A stretch of DNA of 64,000 nucleotides from Lentisphaerae bacterium GWF2_38_69. Lineage in GTDB: Bacteria; Verrucomicrobiota; Lentisphaeria; Victivallales; GWF2-38-69. Each line of letters starts with the position of its first letter. The stretch's first letter is position 1. The stretch is taken from positions 12,650-76,649 of the forward strand of contig MHBE01000035.1 of assembly GCA_001803205.1 (NCBI GenBank), written 5' to 3'. This document shows, one piece after another, positions 58,582 through 64,000 of this stretch. The notes under the pieces were generated by a model. The model saw only the letters and a program-made list of their open reading frames with translations, searched no databases and was not told the DNA's origin. A program made the translations under genes and the position numbers.

Positions 58582-59469
58582 CTACACAAACAAACGGCTG
58601 TATTCCTTTTCAATCAAATCAGATGAAAGATTTTCATATACAAGCTGCTTAGAATTAATACAGTACGCGGCGCAAATTGTTCCGTATTTGAGCGAGGTTT
58701 CAATTGGTTCAGATTTAAGATAAGCATAAAGAAAGCCTGAAAAGAAATTGTCTCCTGCCCCGTTGGCATCTATCATTTTAAAAGAGCTCAGAGCCGGCTG
58801 CTCATACCATTTGCCGTTCTTATCCAGGGCAGTAGCTCCGTTTCTTCCATGTGTGCAAACAACTAACTCCTTATCATTTTTAATAAGTTTCAGCATGCAA
58901 TTCCTATAATCGGAGAGATTATCTGAACTTAGAAAGACATATTCAGATGCTTCAATAAAAGGTTCATGATAGGGATTGTTTTCAGTATAATCATGGAGAT
59001 CTGTCCATACAGGCTTATCATACTTTTTAAGTAAAGGTATAAGTTCTTTACAATAAGGAATTATATTAAGGATCACAATATCTGACTCCTTAATCTTAGT
59101 TTCGATTAAATCTGTATTGAGTTTTAGCTTTTCAGACGATTGCGTAATAAACATTGAAATACGATCGCCCTCAGAGTTCATAATATTGAAATGGCGCTCT
59201 GTTCCTGCCGAGTCAAAATCATAAATAAAATCAACTTTCTGAGAGAACAAATAATCAATTATCTTCTTTCCCCAATAGTCGTTACCGACAACAGAATACA
59301 GCGTGTTAGAGACAGATAATTTAGTTAGGCATAGTGCTTTGCCTGCGCCTGTAGAACCTGCCGCCTCATGAAATGGTGCTATATGGATTGTTTTTGGAAC
59401 AGGTTCGGGAAAATGCGGAAGAGTAACAATGTGATCAAATGTAGTTCCGCCCAAAACAAGTATTTTCAT
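58582..59469 (-). CDS. PfkB-family carbohydrate kinase
   Basis: VVCTHGRNGA, DANGAGDNFFSGF signature; start MKILVLGG overlaps the aroE stop. Confidence 0.88.
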   Translation of the reverse strand: MKILVLGGTTFDHIVTLPHFPEPVPKTIHIAPFHEAAGSTGAGKALCLTKLSVSNTLYSVVGNDYWGKKIIDYLFSQKVDFIYDFDSAGTERHFNIMNSEGDRISMFITQSSEKLKLNTDLIETKIKESDIVILNIIPYCKELIPLLKKYDKPVWTDLHDYTENNPYHEPFIEASEYVFLSSDNLSDYRNCMLKLIKNDKELVVCTHGRNGATALDKNGKWYEQPALSSFKMIDANGAGDNFFSGFLYAYLKSEPIETSLKYGTICAAYCINSKQLVYENLSSDLIEKEYSRLFV

Positions 59470-60338
59470 AATATTGAAATCCTTTTTTCGAGTAATGCCT
59501 TTTTCATAATTTCCACAGGCGCCTTCAGTCCTGTCCATATTTCGAAAGCTTTAGTTCCCTGATACAGAAGCATATCGATTCCGCCTATACATCTGCAACC
59601 CTTTTCTCTGGCGTATTTCTGAAATCTGGTATCCTTGTAGATCATATCAAAAATTCTGAGATTGTATGTGATTAGCTCTTCCTGTAAAGGAAGCTCGTCC
59701 TCATCTTTTAAACCCAAACTGGTAGATTGGATTAGAAGATAATTATTCTTGAGAAGCTTCTTCATTGAATTAATATCATACAATGAAAAGGCAGATAGTT
59801 TTGCCTCAGGAAAAGTATTATGAAGATGTTTTATTAACTCATCTGCTTTGGATAGAGTTCTATTGGCAATTGCAATATCCCTGGCTCCTCTGCAAAGAAG
59901 ATGAACGATGCATGAATTAGCCGCCCCCCCGCAGCCCAGAAAAAGATATTTCTCTTTTTGAGGTTCTGAATTGAAATTCAGCCTTAGAGCCATTTCCATT
60001 CCATATCCGTCAGTAGAAAAACCGTTAAGGCTGCCAGAAGAATCAATGGAAATGACATTTACGCTTGAAGCCAGTCTAGCACTTTCTTCTATCGAATCCA
60101 AATATTTAATTACACTTCCTTTATAAGGCAGAGTCACATTCAAACCGGTATAACTTCTCTTGGCCTTGAGAAGAAATAGTTCCAAGTCTTTTTCCGAAGG
60201 AATGAGAATCCTCTCATAACTGCAATCAAGGTTATAATGCTTAAACGCGGCATTCTGCATATATGGAGAAAGAGAATGCGAGATAGGATTGCCTATGACT
60301 CCAAATTTTCTTTTAGTCTCGCTGTTATTAATATCCAT
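59466..60338 (-). CDS. aroE: Shikimate dehydrogenase
   Basis: GNPISHSLSP, GLNVTLPYK, TDGYG, LGCGGAA, MLLYQG..AFEIWTG. Confidence 0.93.
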   Translation of the reverse strand: MDINNSETKRKFGVIGNPISHSLSPYMQNAAFKHYNLDCSYERILIPSEKDLELFLLKAKRSYTGLNVTLPYKGSVIKYLDSIEESARLASSVNVISIDSSGSLNGFSTDGYGMEMALRLNFNSEPQKEKYLFLGCGGAANSCIVHLLCRGARDIAIANRTLSKADELIKHLHNTFPEAKLSAFSLYDINSMKKLLKNNYLLIQSTSLGLKDEDELPLQEELITYNLRIFDMIYKDTRFQKYAREKGCRCIGGIDMLLYQGTKAFEIWTGLKAPVEIMKKALLEKRISIL

Positions 60339-60350
60339 AATTCCTGACTA

Positions 60351-62678
60351 CTATGTTTTAACAGCCACTTGTTCTGACGGTATAGAATGAATGTCCAGTT
60401 GAGGAAAAGGTATCTCAATAGAGTTAGCTTTAAATTCATTATAAATTCTCTCTCTTATTCTGCTCATTACTATCAAAGCATATGCTATATCGGAAATCCA
60501 GACTCTCAGAACGACAGTTATTGAACTGTCCGCAAAGTCTTCCAGCATCATAATCGGTTCGGGTTCATTAAGAACATACTCTGCTTCTTTTGCTATCCTC
60601 AGGACTATATCTCTTACTTTCTGAATATCAGTGCCGTAGGATATTCCTACTGTAATATCCTTTCTGACAATCAGATCCTGATTTGTCCAGTTTATAAGTT
60701 TGTCTGAAATAACTGTCGAATTAGGAATGCAGACTATTGCATTATCAGCAGTTTTTACAACTGTGGACCTTATAGTAATTTCAATAACTTTTCCTGTAAC
60801 TCCCCCTGCCTCAATAATATCTCCGTGTTTAATGGAATGGCTCCCCAGAATTATTATTCCTGAGACAAAATTGTTGAGTATTTCTTTCAGTCCAAAGCCG
60901 ATGCCTACGCTAAGCCCTCCGGAGATAACCGTCAAACTGGTCATATCTACTCCTATTAGCTTAAGCATAATAACAATATAGATAGCCCAGAGAGCGTATC
61001 TGACAAGAATACTTATGGATGGTGCTGCTCCAGACTCAATTTTCCTGGTACTGGAAAGTCTTGTAATTGTAATTTTCAGAATATGGGAAATAGTTTTGAA
61101 AACGAAATATAGGTAAACTACAAATATCAGATTTCCAACATTGAGAGTATAGTTATGAATAGCAAAATTCATATTCACGAAAGGTACAAAGAAATAACTT
61201 CCGAAGACCTGCCCTATTCCCCAAATAAAAATGCAGAACATTATAAAAAGCCAAAGAACAGGCACGCTTAAACCTATAAGAAGTACCTTGAATATCACAT
61301 AGTTGCCTTCTATATATTCCGCAAGATCATGGAAAGAGTAGTTGATATATCTAGCCAGCTGGATGCCTATACATATCAGGAACCAGGCCATCATCATTAG
61401 TATACTCAGATAAACCATCCCAATACAGGTTATAAGCATCGCTATCAGGCCAAGAAACATCGAAAGAAACTGCAAACTCCTTTCAAATTTTAAAGAGTTC
61501 TTTCTGACTCTTTTTTTTGTCCAGAAGTAAAAAACAACAAGCCCGATAAACCATAATATGGAAATAAAAACAAAATACTGATCAGTAAACTGCAGGATCA
61601 CCCCATAAAAATAGAGCCAGAAGAGCGGAATAAATGGCGCTGATTTGAGATCAATATCCTTAAAGGCTCGAGTCCTGAGTCCCCATCCCAAAAGCATCAT
61701 AGACCTGATCAAAAACAAAATACCTAAACTATGAATTATCGAATCTTTGGGTATAAAATCCAAGCTATAGCTATAAATAATAAATATGAAAGCCATGATA
61801 AACCAGAATGCGCTTTCCCTAAAAGGCCGCAGGCTCTCCTTTGACAAGCTTGAAATTTTCTTTAGAAGAATGCTTACAATGAAATAAGCTATGATTGCAC
61901 CAAAAATACAAAGCCCCAAAGATTGGAATTCGCTCATTGTATTTGGAAAATTCTGTACAACTTTAAGTTTGAGCCCATCTACCCAATCTTTCCGCAGCAA
62001 TCTGGATATTTCCCATGTATTTCGAGAGTAAAGATCCATGTTAGGATAAATATAAAAAGCCTTTAACTGTTTAAAAACTATCTCGTTAAACTTCGAAGGA
62101 TTATTAAAGGTAATCCCCTGATATGAGTCCATCTTAGATAATTCCGCATCAAGTGAATCCTTATATGATGTAAATTTGCTTTGTACCTCTTTCAGATCAG
62201 TTATCATCTTATCTACCATAGGAACGGTATCAGAAGGTATATTTTTTACTTTTTTAAGATCATTCAATGAGGCCAGAGCTTCACCTGAAAGTTCAAGATA
62301 ATTGGAAATTGCAGCCAGGTCATCTTTGTCAGCGTTGAAAATTTTCTGATATTTATAAGCAACATAGAAGATCTGTCTCAGAACCTGTCTGTATTCATAA
62401 GGACTTTTACTTTGCGCTGAAACCAGGTCAAATCTCAGTTGGCTAAGCTTGAGGTCTGTATCATCTTTAGTCCTTGCAAGTGTAGAGAGGACTTTTCCTA
62501 TATCGCCGTATGTTGAATTGGCATACTCCTTAAAGTGAGCAAGTTCCTGTTTTTTAACACCAATAAGCGCTTTCCAGTTTTCAAGTTCATAATCTTTGGA
62601 TATCTCATCAGTCGCGTAAATATTGAAAATCAGTAAAGCAGTCAGGACAATTAACAGGCAGTTGAAAACTTTTCTCAT
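60351..62678 (-). CDS. Large MscS-family mechanosensitive channel (MscK-like)
   Basis: GLSVGIGFGLKEILNNFVSG, IPNS, IEIPFPQLDIH; periplasmic coiled coil and multiple TMs. Confidence 0.9.
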   Translation of the reverse strand: MRKVFNCLLIVLTALLIFNIYATDEISKDYELENWKALIGVKKQELAHFKEYANSTYGDIGKVLSTLARTKDDTDLKLSQLRFDLVSAQSKSPYEYRQVLRQIFYVAYKYQKIFNADKDDLAAISNYLELSGEALASLNDLKKVKNIPSDTVPMVDKMITDLKEVQSKFTSYKDSLDAELSKMDSYQGITFNNPSKFNEIVFKQLKAFYIYPNMDLYSRNTWEISRLLRKDWVDGLKLKVVQNFPNTMSEFQSLGLCIFGAIIAYFIVSILLKKISSLSKESLRPFRESAFWFIMAFIFIIYSYSLDFIPKDSIIHSLGILFLIRSMMLLGWGLRTRAFKDIDLKSAPFIPLFWLYFYGVILQFTDQYFVFISILWFIGLVVFYFWTKKRVRKNSLKFERSLQFLSMFLGLIAMLITCIGMVYLSILMMMAWFLICIGIQLARYINYSFHDLAEYIEGNYVIFKVLLIGLSVPVLWLFIMFCIFIWGIGQVFGSYFFVPFVNMNFAIHNYTLNVGNLIFVVYLYFVFKTISHILKITITRLSSTRKIESGAAPSISILVRYALWAIYIVIMLKLIGVDMTSLTVISGGLSVGIGFGLKEILNNFVSGIIILGSHSIKHGDIIEAGGVTGKVIEITIRSTVVKTADNAIVCIPNSTVISDKLINWTNQDLIVRKDITVGISYGTDIQKVRDIVLRIAKEAEYVLNEPEPIMMLEDFADSSITVVLRVWISDIAYALIVMSRIRERIYNEFKANSIEIPFPQLDIHSIPSEQVAVKT

Positions 62679-62796
62679 AGTTTTTTATGAAGAGTTAAAG
62701 TTAGCAAGTTTAAACTTGATTATTAAACAATTATAATCTTTTTGCAATATATTAAAATAGGAAGAAATTAAAAATCTTTTTTAAGGAGGAGTATAA

Positions 62797-63549
62797 ATGA
62801 GAGATATTATTACGCAGAACAGGGAATTCCTGAAAGATACTCTTAGACTTAAGTATGATTTCAGCCAGACAGATCAAAACAGGGGAATCCCTGCTCCGCC
62901 CATTCAAAAACCTATTCTTGAAAATCAAACTGTTATTTCTCTGCCTAAAGAAAAAATCTTTGACTTTGGAAAAGATAAAAATATTGTCAACGCTATCCGT
63001 TACAGGAAGAGCAAACGCAAATTCACATTGGAATCTTTAACTCTCGAAGAACTCTCTTTCCTTCTATGGGCCACTCAGGGATTAAGAAGCAGCATTCATA
63101 ACGGCCACGCTTTCCGGGTTGTTCCTTCCGCAGGATGCAGACACAGTTTTGAAACTTACATTGCCGCAATAGAAGTTTCCGGACTTGTTCAGGGCATCTA
63201 CCGTTATCTTCCAATAGAACATGCTTTAGTATTGGAAAAAGAAGTTGAGGAACTTCCTGAAAAAGTCATTCAGGCAACTCTCGGACAGAGTTTTACAGGC
63301 GAAGCAGGCGCTGTTTTTATATGGTCATGCATCCCTTACAGAATGGAATGGCGTTATGGTCCTGCAGCTCACAGAGCAATAGCTTTTGATGCTGGCCATG
63401 TCTGTCAGAATCTCTATCTGGCAGCACAGGCAATCTCTGCAGGAACATGTGCGATTGCAGCATATAATCAGAGCTTAATGGATGAACTTATAGGTGTTGA
63501 CAGCAGTGATGAGTTCGTAATATATTTAGCTCCGACAGGAAAAGTATGA
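62797..63549 (+). CDS. SagB/ThcOx-like nitroreductase-fold dehydrogenase
   Basis: R.S.R.F, LLWATQG, RVVPSAG, DAGHVCQNLYLAA. Confidence 0.88.
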   Translation: MRDIITQNREFLKDTLRLKYDFSQTDQNRGIPAPPIQKPILENQTVISLPKEKIFDFGKDKNIVNAIRYRKSKRKFTLESLTLEELSFLLWATQGLRSSIHNGHAFRVVPSAGCRHSFETYIAAIEVSGLVQGIYRYLPIEHALVLEKEVEELPEKVIQATLGQSFTGEAGAVFIWSCIPYRMEWRYGPAAHRAIAFDAGHVCQNLYLAAQAISAGTCAIAAYNQSLMDELIGVDSSDEFVIYLAPTGKV

Positions 63550-63550
63550 C

Positions 63551-64000
63551 ATGAATATTGATTATCTTAAAAACAATCTCGACAAATCCTTGTCTCCTTA
63601 TCTGCGCCAGCATTCAAATAACCCGATTTGGTGGCAAGAATGGAATCCGCAATCTTTGGCAGAAGCAAGAAGAACCGGGAAAAACATATTAGTTTCGATT
63701 GGCTACTCCACCTGCCACTGGTGTCATGTAATGGCTTCCGAAGCTTTTTCAAACAGCGAAATCGCAGATTATCTGAACAAGAACTTTATCTCAATAAAAG
63801 TTGACAGGGAACAGCGCCCTGACATTGATCAGTATTTCATGTCTTTCCTTGTGAAAACGACGGGAAGCGGCGGATGGCCGCTGAACGCTTTTCTTACTCC
63901 TGATGCTGAACCGATAGCTGCTTTTACCTATATTCCTGTTCAGAGCTGTTATGGAATACCTTCAATGATGGATATCATTAAAGCCGTCAGGGAGAGAGGT
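63551..64000 (+). CDS. Thioredoxin-domain protein YyaL/DUF255 family (truncated by the window end)
   Basis: Translated by hand: SPYLRQHSNNPIWWQEW, IGYSTCHWCHVMASEAF, IKVDREQRPDID, GGWPLNAFLTPD. Confidence 0.9.
   Translation, partial: MNIDYLKNNLDKSLSPYLRQHSNNPIWWQEWNPQSLAEARRTGKNILVSIGYSTCHWCHVMASEAFSNSEIADYLNKNFISIKVDREQRPDIDQYFMSFLVKTTGSGGWPLNAFLTPDAEPIAAFTYIPVQSCYGIPSMMDIIKAVRERG

Noticed and set aside
62797-63549. SagB-like gene as part of an azole RiPP cluster or of the 49-52 kb operon
   Set aside because: No YcaO or precursor nearby, over 10 kb away, and stand-alone members are common

Overview
Low-GC bacterial chromosomal window, probably from an anaerobe. PVC/Lentisphaerota affinity is an inference from XRE-PAS regulators, the repeat families and a GspK/PilX-like remnant. 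Contents in order: a histidine utilisation cluster (hutH, hutU, ftcD) interrupted by a REP-associated tyrosine transposase; an integrase-less integron cassette array with 7 attC sites and three toxin-antitoxin cassettes; three MFS sugar transporters; a four-gene NAD(P)-linked [FeFe]-hydrogenase; two-component and XRE-PAS regulators; cbpA/cbpM, rmuC and a macrodomain gene; secreted phosphoesterases, one behind a cobalamin-like riboswitch; and several families of short palindromic repeats. Two observations stand out. (1) A ~1 kb non-coding, hairpin-dense region (39648-40648) closed by a perfect 16-bp terminal stem, preceded by an rRNA-type boxA and carrying CCTCCTT near its 3' end: a candidate large ncRNA. 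(2) A PQQ/mycofactocin-like RiPP operon with a 47-aa precursor missing from the ORF track (52000-52143, ...WVKPTLEDVSERVMAQPYIRFT), a PqqD/MftB-like RRE, a radical SAM enzyme, a UbiA prenyltransferase and a methyltransferase, possibly making a peptide-derived prenylated cofactor. All calls are by eye; no database searches were run.
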